From: Octopus sinensis
Taxonomy: Eukaryota
Assembly: GCF_006345805.1 (NCBI RefSeq)
Contig: NC_043003.1
Coordinates: 83,514,001 to 83,578,000, forward strand
Length of the DNA: 64,000 bases
Direction: 5' to 3'
Made by a program: the position numbers and the translations under genes. Below, piece by piece: positions 44,651 to 56,675 of this stretch (position 1 is its first letter; each line of letters begins with the position of its first letter). The notes below the pieces were generated by a model. That model did not search any database. It had not been told where the DNA came from and worked only from the letters and a program-made list of their open reading frames with translations.

Positions 44651-45029
44651 TTCTGTAATTCTAATTTTAAACATGCGTTCTTGATGAATTTTCTTCACTA
44701 AGATTTTGATATTTAACTGTAAGGCGAGATTCATTTTCACTTCTCTCAATTCTTCTGTGTCAGTTTCCATATCTACTATATAATTCACTCCTAGATTATT
44801 TTTAATTGTCATAAAGTATTTTAAATTTGTTTCGAGAATATCTTATTTTGCTTTACGTTGATATAAATTTCTTTCTGAATCCCACGTTCTGCAGCAAGAA
44901 TAGAATTCATCATTGTGACTTAACGAATCAGCTGTCACATGTACAGGGAATATTTTTATTCATTTATTTATTTATTTCGATATAATCAAGTCTACAGGGG
45001 TCACTCATTCCTGTGAATGCACATATCTT

Positions 45030-45195
45030 TATATTTTATCTTTTACTTGTTTCATTCAATGGAGTGCGGTTGTGTTGGAGCACTACCTTAAAAGGTCGAA
45101 CGAATCGACCCCAGGGCTTAGGTTTTAATCCTGGTATTTATTCTATTGGTCTCTTTTGGTTGACAAGCTAAGTTACGAGGAAGTAAACAAACCAA
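45030..45195 (-). mobile_element. SINE family A 3' portion
   Basis: CTTTTACTTGTTTCA...GGAGCAC...ATCGACCCCAGG...TATTCTATTGGTCTCTTTT. Confidence 0.7.
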
Positions 45196-45199
45196 CATG

Positions 45200-46230
45200 G
45201 ACATAGGCTCCGACAACCTACCAGCAGTCATTGAACAACTAGTTAATAACATTAGCAGATGCATCTTCAATCTACCCGCCGATAAAGACACTTTTGAAAA
45301 AGCCACCCCATACTACAAAGCTGCTTTAGAAAGGTCCAACTTCAAGAATTGCGTGAACTACATTGAACTACATACAGATAGATCAAGAAGACGCAGACAG
45401 AGGAAAAGCTTATGGTCTGACCCACCCTATAGCATGAACGTAGTCACTAACATAGCTACAAAATTCTTAAAATCAATATATAATCACTTCCCACATTCAC
45501 ACAAATACCACTAGATCTTCAACAGAAACGCTGATAAAGTTAACTATAGTTTCCTCCCCAATATAGGGTCAATGATATTCAACCTCAATAAAAATAAACA
45601 CACCTGAAATACCCCCGAAAGACTATATAACTGTAGATCTCCAAATCGTTGTCCTCTAAATAATAACTGTCTGGAAAAAGAACTCATACAAGGTCAAAAT
45701 CATCGATCCCAACAGAATAACACAGACGTGTATCGGAATGACGGGCAACTCGTTGAAGGAAAGATAAACACAGCACCTGGCGTCATTCAGGGACAAAAAC
45801 AAAAGACACACAACATCCCTCTCCAGTATGATATAGACATTGAAAAGAGGAGGAATGAGAAACTCCCAGATAAATTGGAACATCATTGCCAAAGCCAGAA
45901 AATACAGAGGACGGAGTAGTAAATGAGAACCCTGTATCACTGAAAAACTAAACATCATACAGTCAACAGATAACATCCTATATGAGGGACGAAATCGTCT
46001 CTCCCTGCATACACAAGCAATATTTCACACTTAGACACTTCAAAGAGGAACCACCAGCCGCGCTGCCAATCGATCGAATCCCCAACGAGTTAACACGGTA
46101 TCTCCTAACGACAATGTAAACTTTATATAATCAAGGTATCTTTAGCCTGAAGTATACTTCCGGTCTACCCCTCGTTTTGATAATTTACTACTTCCGAGGT
46201 TCTGTTAGATATGAAACATATGTAGACTGG
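45200..46230 (+). mobile_element. Penelope-like element relic (RT thumb, linker, GIY-YIG, 3' UTR)
   Basis: FEKATPYYKAALERS, RKSLWSDPPYSMNVVTNIATKFL...HFPHSHKYH.IFNRN, NCRSPNRCPLNNNCL, IGMTG...KER...HLASF, CITEKL.I: diagnostic Penelope-type motifs with stops and frameshifts. Confidence 0.88.
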
Positions 46231-46466
46231 ATTTTATCAACTTCATTCCCTCGTTTGGTAATGTTTATTCGCATATACAACAACCACTGTTGCTACCCGT
46301 GAACTATAAAATTACATTTTTTTTTCAGATTATCGTGCTTCGATACGGGAAAAATTCACAACTTTCTGCGCAAATAAACCATTATTGATCCTGAAAATGT
46401 ATTTTCTATATCTACAGATTGCTTGAAGCTCATTCAATTCCTACACCTTGAACCTTGGATATTACC

Positions 46467-46498
<32 letters not shown>

Positions 46499-46500
46499 CA

Positions 46501-46534
<34 letters not shown>

Positions 46535-46600
46535 CATACATACATACATACATACATACACATATACATACATACATACATACATACATACGTATATACG

Positions 46601-46698
<98 letters not shown>

Positions 46699-46705
46699 AC
46701 ATATA

Positions 46706-46910
46706 CACGAGGAAGTGCCTTTAAGGGTATCGCAAAAGGCCTTGTTGGAAACCAACCCTTCCGAGTTCTTTTACAGGGCTTAAGAAAACTGAAGGACCGC
46801 TGCAATAAGTGTGCGAATCTGAGAGGAGAATATGTTGAATGAAATCATAATCAACTGATCCTCGTGTGTTTTCTTTTACCCAAACCAGGAACTTTTCAGC
46901 ACCCCTCGTG
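46706..46910 (+). mobile_element. 205-bp mariner remnant with a full right TIR and a 7-bp left TIR stub
   Basis: TA|CACGAGG...GGAACTTTTCAGCACCCCTCGTG|TA; interior encodes the transposase C-terminus ([15 protein letters not shown]). Confidence 0.8.
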
Positions 46911-46994
46911 TAGATGTATAGATAGATAGATAGATACATACATACATACATACATACATACATACATACATACATACATACATACATACATACA

Positions 46995-47026
<32 letters not shown>

Positions 47027-47278
47027 GATATAGATATATATACATATATATATATATAGATAGATAGATACATACATATATACAAATATATATACATATA
47101 TATATATACATATATATATAACTATATATATACATATATATATAGATATATATGCATATATATATACATACATATATATAACTATCGTAAGTATAAAGGT
47201 AATAAATAATTTATTACCAGTGGTTAGCATGTATGGAGTCGTCAATTGTCTCCTCTATGTGTATAAAAATATACACTC

Positions 47279-47309
<31 letters not shown>

Positions 47310-47340
47310 CATACACACATATATACATTCGTACACACAC

Positions 47341-47375
<35 letters not shown>

Positions 47376-48530
47376 ATATTGTGTGTGTATAATATTATGT
47401 GTTATATATCTATATATCATATAAAATATATATATATATATATATAATATATATATATAATATATATGTATGTATATATATATGTATATATATATATATT
47501 CTTTCAAATTTACAGAAAACAAAAGACGAAGACCGGTACAGGAACAACAAGCAGGTGTAAGAATTGAATAGTTTTATATATATATACTAAGCAATTAAGG
47601 GTTTAGCAACGAATTGCCTCACCACACACCGAATTTAGAAATAGCAGTCAAAGAGTTATAGCTATTCTTTCTACTAAAAGGGAGATCTCAGTAAAAATAC
47701 AGCACTTATATATATATATATATATAAACTTATAATTGATTATTAATTGTAATTGAGAGTACATGACGTATTAGCGTTACTAGAAAAAGAGTTGAAAATT
47801 ACTCAAATAAGCCACCTTTATTTGAGTATTTTTTACACTTATTTCTAGCAACGCTAGTACCTCGTGTACCCTCAATTATAATTAATAATTAATTATAAAT
47901 TTATAAATTTTCCTTTTTGGCCTTAACGCTTATATATATATATGCAAACATACATACATGCATATATACATACTTACAGACATGACGATTTTCTTTCAGT
48001 TTCCGTCAACCAAATCCACTGGCAAGGCTTTGGTCTACCTGGGTCTGTTGTGGAAGATACTTGTCCAAGGTGCCTCGGAACCATGATGCCTATTGAACTC
48101 GGAATCATGTAGTTGAAATAATGTCGTTTAGCTGTTATCTCTAGTGGTGGTCTGTTATTTTTTACAGTTGCTATTTCAGTACAATTCTACGCATGCGTTA
48201 AACATCAAACGTAAGTAAAATATTCTTAATTTTTAGATTTTTTTTAGACGGGGGGCGGTGATGGGGTGGGGTGAGGGAAAGAGTCATTGAGTGTTTCCCA
48301 GAATCGTTATCTCCGTATCTTTCTACATGGATTAAAAAAATTCGAAAAAAGTTTAAACTTAATAAATTGGAGAGGAAGTGGGGGAAATTAAAATTTTGAA
48401 AACGTGATTTGTGGGCAAAATCATATTCTCCTATATCGAAATTATTGGCATACGAAAGAATTTTTGATAAAAAAAAAACACCGTATCTTCGCCTGTATAT
48501 GCATATATATTTCCCCCCATTTATCTCTAA

Positions 48531-48826
48531 CTAGCAGTATCGCCCGGCATTGCTCGGGTTTGTAAGGGAAATAACTAGATAAGCATATTTAGAGAGTTAC
48601 TTCTCTTATATAATAGCAAAAAATGCATTAAAAATGGGAAAAATGATGGTAATTTTTTTTTTAAATCGTAGACTCATTGTAGATGCGTGCTAATACCCAG
48701 AAGGGCTCGATATGAATCACGACTATAAGATACCCGCTTTTGGTTAATTGCACCGCAAAATGTGGGAGTAGTAGGAATCTAAATCGTAGGAGACAGACAC
48801 ACAACTTAACTTTTTATATATAAAGA
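48531..48826 (-). mobile_element. Non-autonomous Helitron, downstream unit of a tandem pair
   Basis: Minus strand starts TC (TCTTTATATATAAAAAG) and ends CCCGAGCAATGCCGGGCGATACTGCTAG followed by T. Confidence 0.85.
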
Positions 48827-49213
48827 CTAGCAGTATCGCCCGGCGTTGCTCAGGTTTGTAAGGGAAATAACTATAAGCATTTTTAGAGAGTTATAGCCCA
48901 AAAAAATAGAAAAAAAATGAAAAAAATGATGGTAAATTTTTTTGAGAGTTAAAAAAGGTGGAGTTGCGTCCCCCTCGACGGTCTGTGGTTTGGGTTTCTG
49001 ATTCTCGACCCCATGTCGAATTTATCGATTTTTTTCAGAACTGGGGGAACTTTTCAAAATTTTCGCTGCGTTAGTTTTGAATTATGACATTGGCTATGTG
49101 TGTGGTCAAGTTTCATCAGAATCGGTTCTGAAAGAAAGCGTGGTCAGGGGAGGGTACAGAAAAACAGACACACAGAAAACGCACAGACAAACTGCCGTTT
49201 ATATAGAGAGAGA
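48827..49213 (-). mobile_element. Non-autonomous Helitron, upstream unit of a tandem pair
   Basis: Minus strand starts TC after A (TCTCTCTCTATATAAAC) and ends CCTGAGCAACGCCGGGCGATACTGCTAG directly against the next unit's TC. Confidence 0.85.
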
Positions 49214-49704
49214 TTCCCTTTCGCCGTTCTCTATCTGTCTCTCTCTCTCCCTTCTTCCTCTTTTTCTCTCTTTCGTTGGTCACACGTGACCATCGTCCAT
49301 TTCTTTTCCTGCACGACGTTCTAAGGACAGGACGTTTTTTTCTCCCTCTTCTATCTTCTCTCTTTTCAAAGAAAATATTTCTCCCAGCGTTCACTATTTT
49401 CCTCTCATTCTGGTCTGACGACCCTCCATGCTTGTTTTCGTTCGGTTTCCTTGCATGTTTTCATGTCCTGTTTTTGTTTCTCAATTTTGACCCTCCATAA
49501 ATCCAAAATTTTATTTTGAATTTACGGTAGCAACTGTTGAATGCTCGTAATGAGGAGTAGATAGACAGTCGACAACTGATGAAGGGTCGTTTTCAGTGTT
49601 TATTTGTCCTGTTTTCCATTTTTTTCACGTTGTTTGCGTATTTAACTCGTTTGGTTTCGTACTTCATGTTGTTTACACAGTTGGTGACGTCCTGAACTCA
49701 CGTA

Positions 49705-49705
<1 letters not shown>
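49214..49705 (+). repeat. Second copy of the 7520-8070 repeat
   Basis: See the 7520 feature. Confidence 0.8.
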
Positions 49706-49751
<46 letters not shown>

Positions 49752-49769
49752 CGTACTTGCAACGTTACT

Positions 49770-50045
49770 CAACAAAACTGGCGCATAATGGGAAAATACT
49801 ATAAATCAAGTTTACCCTGAAATAGTAATACGAACGGAATGAAACAAGTTTCGCATAAGCCAGTAAAGTGGTTTTCGAGGTCATTACATTCAGAACCAGG
49901 AAAAGAGAAGCCCTGCTACTCTTATGGAAGACTTCGTTCTCAGCCGCTTGGACTACTGCTCCCAACAACACCGAGTAACTACAGGTGGTGCAAAAGCATG
50001 ACCTCAGCCCTGGGCTGAAACGAGTAAATGATAAAAAATAAAAGA
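49770..50045 (+). mobile_element. CR1/L2-group LINE 3' fragment with internal deletion
   Basis: FRTRKREALLLLWK..VLSRLDYCSQ jumps directly to the 3' tail GGTGGTGCAAAAGCATGACCTCAGCCCTGGGCTGAAACG. Confidence 0.75.
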
Positions 50046-50074
50046 TTATATATATATATATATATATCTTTTAT

Positions 50075-50568
50075 ATTTTATCTTTTATCTTTTACTGGTT
50101 TCTGTCCAGGGTTGAGGTCATGCTGGTGCAACACGATGTTGTTTCGGCATTGCTTTTGATGAAGTAGCGAGTTGGACGGAGCTGCTCCTCTCTGCGTCTC
50201 CTGCTGCGATGTGGGTTCATCTGGTATCTCAGATAGAAACCTGTCCAGGCGTTCCTTGAAAACTTCCACATCAATACCATGCAGATTTCTAAGGTTGCCT
50301 GGAAGGATGTTGAATAATTGCGGGCCCTTGAAACCCAGACTATTGCAGTGCTGTGTCCTTATTTTAGATGGGGAAGATGGGATCTTTGGTATAATGCAGT
50401 GCCGTCCAGTTCGAGGATTGTTATAGCTGTCAATTCCGAAATAGGGAGCTAAACCCTCCAAGATCTTCCAAATATATATCACTGCATATCTTGTCTTCTC
50501 TCCAGGTAATAAAGACTCAGCTCCTTTAGCCTCTCTCAGTAGCCCATCTTTTGCATCGAGTCAATCTT
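50075..50568 (-). mobile_element. CR1/L2-group LINE C-terminus and 3' tail
   Basis: ERLKELSL..LERR.RY..IYIWKILEGLAP...RTGRHCIIPKI...GPQLFNILP.NLRNL...FKERLDRFL..IPDEP; tail CAGCATGACCTCAACCCTGGACAGAAAC. Confidence 0.9.
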
Positions 50569-52050
50569 CAGCCCAGGGCTGAGGTCATGCTGTTGCACCA
50601 CCTTTGTGGAGTTTATCGTTAGTTAATTCCGGGCCATACATCATCAGTCTATCATATTTTGGTCTGAGAATATTGTCGGTGAAATATTTATGTTGTGGAT
50701 AATTTCCACATTGTTTGTAAAACAGAGGTCCGGGATATTTTTGTGCCTGGTTGGAGAGAGTATGATCTGCTTCATGAATAGCATTTTCGTAAGATCATGT
50801 AGAGATTCTACTTGATTTCGCTCTTTGTGTGTCATTCCTAGGGTTATATTTCCTTCAGGCCACCTTATGTTGGGGAAGTTGAAGTCACCCATCAGGAATA
50901 TGCTAGTACGTTGATCCAGTTGTGTCAGTACTTCCTTTGTGGCACTGAGGATTTCCTCAAATTTTCCATCATAATTTGAGGCATCAGGTGGGCGATACAA
51001 TGCGCATATCTCTATATCAAGTTGCTATGTACTATGAGTGTGTACTATATACTATGTGCTATGTACTAGATGCACTATAAGTGTGTCACACACCGAGTTC
51101 GAGTTCGATAACAGGTGTGACATCTCGGATGTACATTGCAACTCCACCATGACTTCTTTTTTCTGTCTGTACGGAGGATAGCATACATCGGTACGTGTAT
51201 CTCCACATCACTTATGTCTGCAGATAGATGTCCTTCTGTATAGCTTGATTACATGCAGAAAGATTCTTCAGGTGTTCAATTTTGCATGTGCTGTTGTTCT
51301 GCAGCAGACCTTTTATATTCATCAGTAGAAATGGCATTGGTGTTGGTGTGTTGGGAAATTTGGTGGCAGTGGTGACCATCCAGGGTCCATCAATTGGGGC
51401 AGTCTTGTGTGCAAGGGTACATAGCTCAACCTAGTCTGTAGCCATGACAACTGTTGAACTATTTCCTGTGCCACACTTAAAAAATGTTCTTGCATTGCAT
51501 CTGCATATAAATTTTGTCTTGCCTTCTTTTCTGCAGGTTTGTGCTGGGATATAGATTTTTCTAAGTATGGCTGTTTCCTTCGTTGGATGAGTGGTGTATT
51601 TTGTTCCAGCGTTGGGTGCGCAAAGCAACAGTTTGTCCCACTCTCTCCATGCCATCAGACACCTCTTTTGTAGAACTTGCAGAGAAACCTTTTTCTCTGA
51701 GAGGGTCTGATTTGGGTTTTTATGTTAGAACCATTTTCACTTGGCTTTCGTCTTTTTCTACTTCTACATTGGTGCTTTGGGAGTTGTTAGGACTGTGGTT
51801 GTTCGCACTTTTCTCGTTTCCTTTTTTGTTGAGCTTTTGAAAATGATGTTCAGTTTCTCCAGGTGTGGACGCTCTATTTGTGCCACTGATATGGAGAAAC
51901 CCTTACTCTTCAGGACAGCTGTAATCAAATTATTTAGTGAATCGCCTTCTGCGATTTCCCAGGCACGTAGTAGCAATCCTATTTGTGTAGACTTCCAGTT
52001 TCTTGTTATCTTTCTTGTGGTGGTGAGTGCAGTGAGTTTTTGAGTGCAAG
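50569..52050 (-). mobile_element. Same LINE family: ORF1 relic plus APE endonuclease joined straight to a 3' tail (RT missing)
   Basis: LLMNIKGL, SHGGVAMYI, YRPP, FLMGDFNFPNIRW, SPTRHKNIPDLCFTNN, IFSDQN are APE motifs; Cys/His-rich ORF1-like relic upstream; 3' tail motif at 50569-50603. Confidence 0.85.
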
Positions 52051-52898
52051 TATGGAGAGAGCAGAGGTGTGATGGGAGAAAGCACGGAGGAGAGTGGGAA
52101 GTTGAGTAGGTGTGGAGGAAGCAAGCTGGGGGAGGGAAGAGACCAAAAGGGAATGATGGGGAGATGTAGGGGACAGACAGGAAAGTTGAGGGAGAGATGC
52201 GGGCAGAGAGGATACTGAGAGGGAAGCTGAGATTAGGGCAGGGTAGCTATGCAGGGGAGAGGATGGGCAAGTAACGATGGGCAATTGGGTTGTAGATGTG
52301 GGTGGATAGAGATAGGAGAGGGGAGTAAGTGTGAGTGAGAGAGAGGGGAAGAGACTAGACTCTTTGTAAATAAGAGCAAAGATGTGGAGAGAAAAATAGT
52401 GAGAGTAAGAACGGCTATATATTTGGAGAAAGTGAGAGAGAAGGGAAGAGGGAGACTAGATACACATTGAATCTTGTACAGAGAGAGAGAGGGGGTAGTA
52501 TGTATGGCTAGTGTTTAAGTAAGAAAATGAGTATATATATTTGTAAATACGAGTAAAGTTGTGGAGAGAAAAAGAGTGAGAAGAAAAAGTATATATATTT
52601 GGAGAAAGTGAGAGAGGGCGAGAGAGAGACTTGATATATATTTATGTGTGAGTGTGTATATTTTTTCAATCTGTACAAATAACACGAAAAAATAAATAAA
52701 TAGTTACCAGGATAGCAAAAATTCATGTAAGTGCCAAGGATATTACAGCCTACTTATAAAGGTAGAAATTCCAGGGTTAAGTGAAATGTTTTTATATAAC
52801 ATAGATAAATTAAGAAATGGTGACAAATGCAGGTGTTATTCAAATCATATGATTTGAATAAAACCTCCGTTTGTCTCCATTTCTTAATTTGTGTGTGT

Positions 52899-52941
<43 letters not shown>

Positions 52942-52943
52942 TA

Positions 52944-52979
<36 letters not shown>

Positions 52980-53039
52980 TGGGTGTGGGTGTGTGTATGT
53001 GTGTGTGTGTGTGTGTCTTTATATAAATGTTTCTCCACA

Positions 53040-53340
53040 CCAGACATTGGCATGAAACTAGAATATTTCATTCTGCTATGCAAACCATATGCCAGAAATA
53101 TGTCCCGGAGCACAAGGCCAACACAAAAAGGAATAAGATTCCAAGGGAGAGGAAGATCCTCATGAGATAACGGGCGAAGATTACAAATCGATTCAACCAG
53201 CATTTCAAAAATAGTGAAAGGTCACGCCTAAAAACAACACTGATGGAGATTGAAAAAAGCCTGCAACAATCCTATGTGAGGGAGAGAGCAGACAAAGAAG
53301 CTTGGGTTGTAAAAAAATATTAAGTTAAACCCAAATGTGT
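53040..53340 (+). mobile_element. LINE ORF2 tether fragment (between APE and RT), probably the same family
   Basis: ICQKYVP...KIPRERKILMR.R.KI...EIEKSLQQSY..E...E......IKLNPK. Confidence 0.7.
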
Positions 53341-54034
53341 AGCAAAACAGCAGTACCCCAGTATGACCACAGCTTTGAGCTGAAAATAATAATAAATATT
53401 ATTTTCTATACTTTCTTATTATTTTGTTTTCTTATTTTGATATCCTTACCTATTAACCTCTTATCCCTTATAAATTGTAACTGTTCTTAAATAGATATTT
53501 TTCAATTACTGAAGTCTATGCGAGATGGTTATACTATATCCATATAAACGTATAAATATTTGTGTATGTGTATATATGCATATATTGTTATTTTTCTTGT
53601 TCGTTAATAGATATTTTTCAGTTACTTAAGTCTATGCCAGATGGTCATACTATATGCATATAAATATTTGTGTATATGTATATGTGCATGTGTTCACATA
53701 CAGAAATATGTGTGTGTGTATCTGTACACACCTTTATTTTTTTTTCTGGTTCATGGCTTAAAAGTAATATATAAATAACATGTTTATCTTTCCAGTTATT
53801 CCATAAGCAAATGCCCTGAGCAGTCTTTATAGAAACTACCTAATAAGTAATTAAGAACATGAACGAATATTAAACTGATTCTATGTAATCTTTCATTTTT
53901 AATCTTTATAATTGATATATATTACCTATTTTGGTTATGATATCCTCTTCGAAAATCTTAAATTTTATTTTTATACATAACAATATTGTTTATAAACAAC
54001 CTTCCATAGTGTGCCCCAAGGTAAAATTTCCTGT

Positions 54035-55098
54035 ACGATGGGTTGGTGCCTTCCTCTCAGATCGCTCCTTCCAAGTCCAAGTTAATGGTTCGCGGTCCGA
54101 CGTCTCCTGTGCGAGCATTGGCGTGCCTCAAGGTTCAGTGCTTGGGCCCTTATTGTTCTTAGTCTTCATAAATGACTTGCCCGACGACCTCACGCAACAC
54201 ACCCTTCTATTTGCCGACGATATCAAACTGGTCGCTCCTCGCGATGATATAGAGGATCTTCGTCGATGCCTCCACCAAATTTGGAGATGGTCTAACGAAT
54301 GGGACCTGTATCTGAACGTGTCAAGGTGCTGTCATCTGCCTGTTGGCTCTCCTCCTGCAACTCAACTTGATTTCGAGCCGGGTCGTCTGCTGTTGGAGAG
54401 GACCGATCAGGTAAAGAACCTGGGTATCTTGGTGGATTCCTCCTTTTCGCCTTCGGCCCAATGCGTCCATGCTGCCAACAAAGCACGCGGAGTTCTGTTC
54501 TTGATTCGACAGTCATTCGGAATGCTCACAGCAGCCATATTCCTACCGCTCTATGTCACGCTGGTGAGACCCATATTGGAGTACGGGATTCAAGCCTTTT
54601 CTCCTTATCTCCTCAAAGAAATACAGCATCTCGAAAGAGTCCAGAAGCTGGCTACCCGCATGGTTCTTGGTCTCAAGAATTTGTCTTATGAAGAAAAGCT
54701 GAAGACGCTCGACCTTTATTCTCTAGAAAAACGACGACGCCGTGGTGATCTCATTCTTGCTCACAACATCATAAGCGGAAAGTGTAACCTCTCGAAAGAG
54801 CTGTTCTTCACTCCTGCTCCATAGCGTCGGCTGCGGGGTCATTCCGAAAAGCTCTATCTGCGACGATTTCATCTCAATCGAAGGAGAGGGGCTTTCTCCG
54901 TCCGAGTTGCGGATCCGTGGAATAAGCTGCCGGACGAGATGGTGAAGATGCCGACGAGCGCTCGGTTCAAAGTCTCCCTTGACCACAAGTGGCCTGAACT
55001 CTTTACATGAACACCACCCTGTACATAACTCCATGTCCCCCTACATGGCCTTGCTTTTTGCTTTTTGAGCCAAATAATTAATTAACTAACTAACTAAC
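54035..55098 (+). mobile_element. 5'-truncated CR1-type LINE (RT to 3' end)
   Basis: AFLSDRSFQV, GVPQGSVLGPLLFLVFINDLP, LLFADDIKL, LVRPILEYG, LERVQKLATR, SLEKRRRRGDLI; one in-frame stop (54822-24), then RGHSEKL...FSVRV..WNKLP to TGA at 55010; (TAAC)n tail. Confidence 0.95.
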
Positions 55099-55694
55099 AT
55101 CCTAGGTTTCTTAGCATCTTGCCCCTTTAACTGGTAATTAACATCATGATTTAAAGTCTTCCCTATCCAGCTTCATTTTCTAGACAATTACTTTGTATCC
55201 AATTGACTATTCCTAATGTCTTCTTTCCTCCCTGAGGAAAAGGGATACATATGACAATATTTATGACCATACATATTCCATGAGCTGTCAACTCACTCTT
55301 GCTCTTTATTCAAAACAGACACATTCTTCTAGTCTTAGATCTAGTAGTTGATAAAGAGATAAATTAATTAGAAATGAATTACAACCCTTTACAAGCTATG
55401 ACCTCAATGGTCTTTATGTGACTCTTGGAAGTGTAGTCTATTCCTAGCTACAATAGCGACAACATGAATTCCTTCTATCTTCTTGCTCTGTTAAATTATT
55501 TGAGAAAAATTATATTAAGGTGTCCAACTGGTTAAAATTCTATTTATTTATTTGTGCAACTGAGGATGGCACAGCATTTAAATTGATGTAATGATTGCAT
55601 TGTTCAATTCAATGGAGCCGCTTGAAACGGTTGTACTGCATCAATACTTGATATCTCGCTTATTTTGATTATATATATCGTCATCGTCGTGGAA

Positions 55695-56037
55695 GTCCGT
55701 CGGTTACGAAGACTAGGGTTCTAGTTGATCCGACCAACGGAACAGGCTGCTCGTAAAATTAACGTGAAGTGACTGAGTACTCCACAGACACGTGTACCCG
55801 TAACCTAGTTCTCGGAGAGAGCGTGACACAGAGTGTGACATGGATGACCCTTTGAAATACAGATACAACAGAAACAGGAAGTAAAAGTGAAAGAAAGTTG
55901 TGGTGAAAGATTACAGCAGAGTTCCCCCACCCCTGCCGGAGCTTCGTGGAGCTTGAGGTATTTCCGCTCAATAATCACTCACAACGCCCGGTCTGGGAGT
56001 CCGCTGCCCTAACCACTGGGCCATTGCGGCTACACGT
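55695..56037 (-). mobile_element. SINE family B with a private deletion in the head
   Basis: Matches the 18927 copy, but GGACT joins CCCAGACC directly, lacking CGCGGTCATAGGATCGCGGTTTCGATT. Confidence 0.88.
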
Positions 56038-56065
56038 ATATATATTATATATATATATATATATA

Positions 56066-56675
56066 TTAGTATAGCCCGTGAGGGAAAAATATACATAGAA
56101 GTAAATATATGGCACAACGAAGTACCGATATTTACTGGAAATAGCGAACGTAATAATACGACGCTAATGTATAGCTTCACCGCGTATGTACTACCAAAAA
56201 TGCGTGAGTGCAACAAACTTGAAAAAAATTGTCTTACCTCCAGAGAGAACATCTGAAAGATGAAATACCTAGAAAAGGATAATGTGGGACCGGCGCCGGT
56301 TTCAGATTTTTCAAGATATGTCTGCACACATATACTTGATCTATCTTCATCAGCCAAACATATACCATGACAACATTTCAGATGTTACCACATTAATGCC
56401 AATACACTCGACTGAAACGCCGAAACGCTAACAGAACGAGAACGGTGTGCAGACATATCTTGAAAAATCTGAAACCGGCGCCGGTCCCACATTATCCTTT
56501 TCTAGGTATTTCATCTTTCAGATGTTCTCCCTGGAGGTAAGACAATGTTTTTCAAGTTTGTTGCACTCACGCATTTTTGCTAGTGCATACGCGGTGAAGC
56601 TATACATTAGCGTCGTATTATTACGTTCGCTATTTCCAGTAAATATCGGTACTTCGTTGTGCCATATATTTACTT

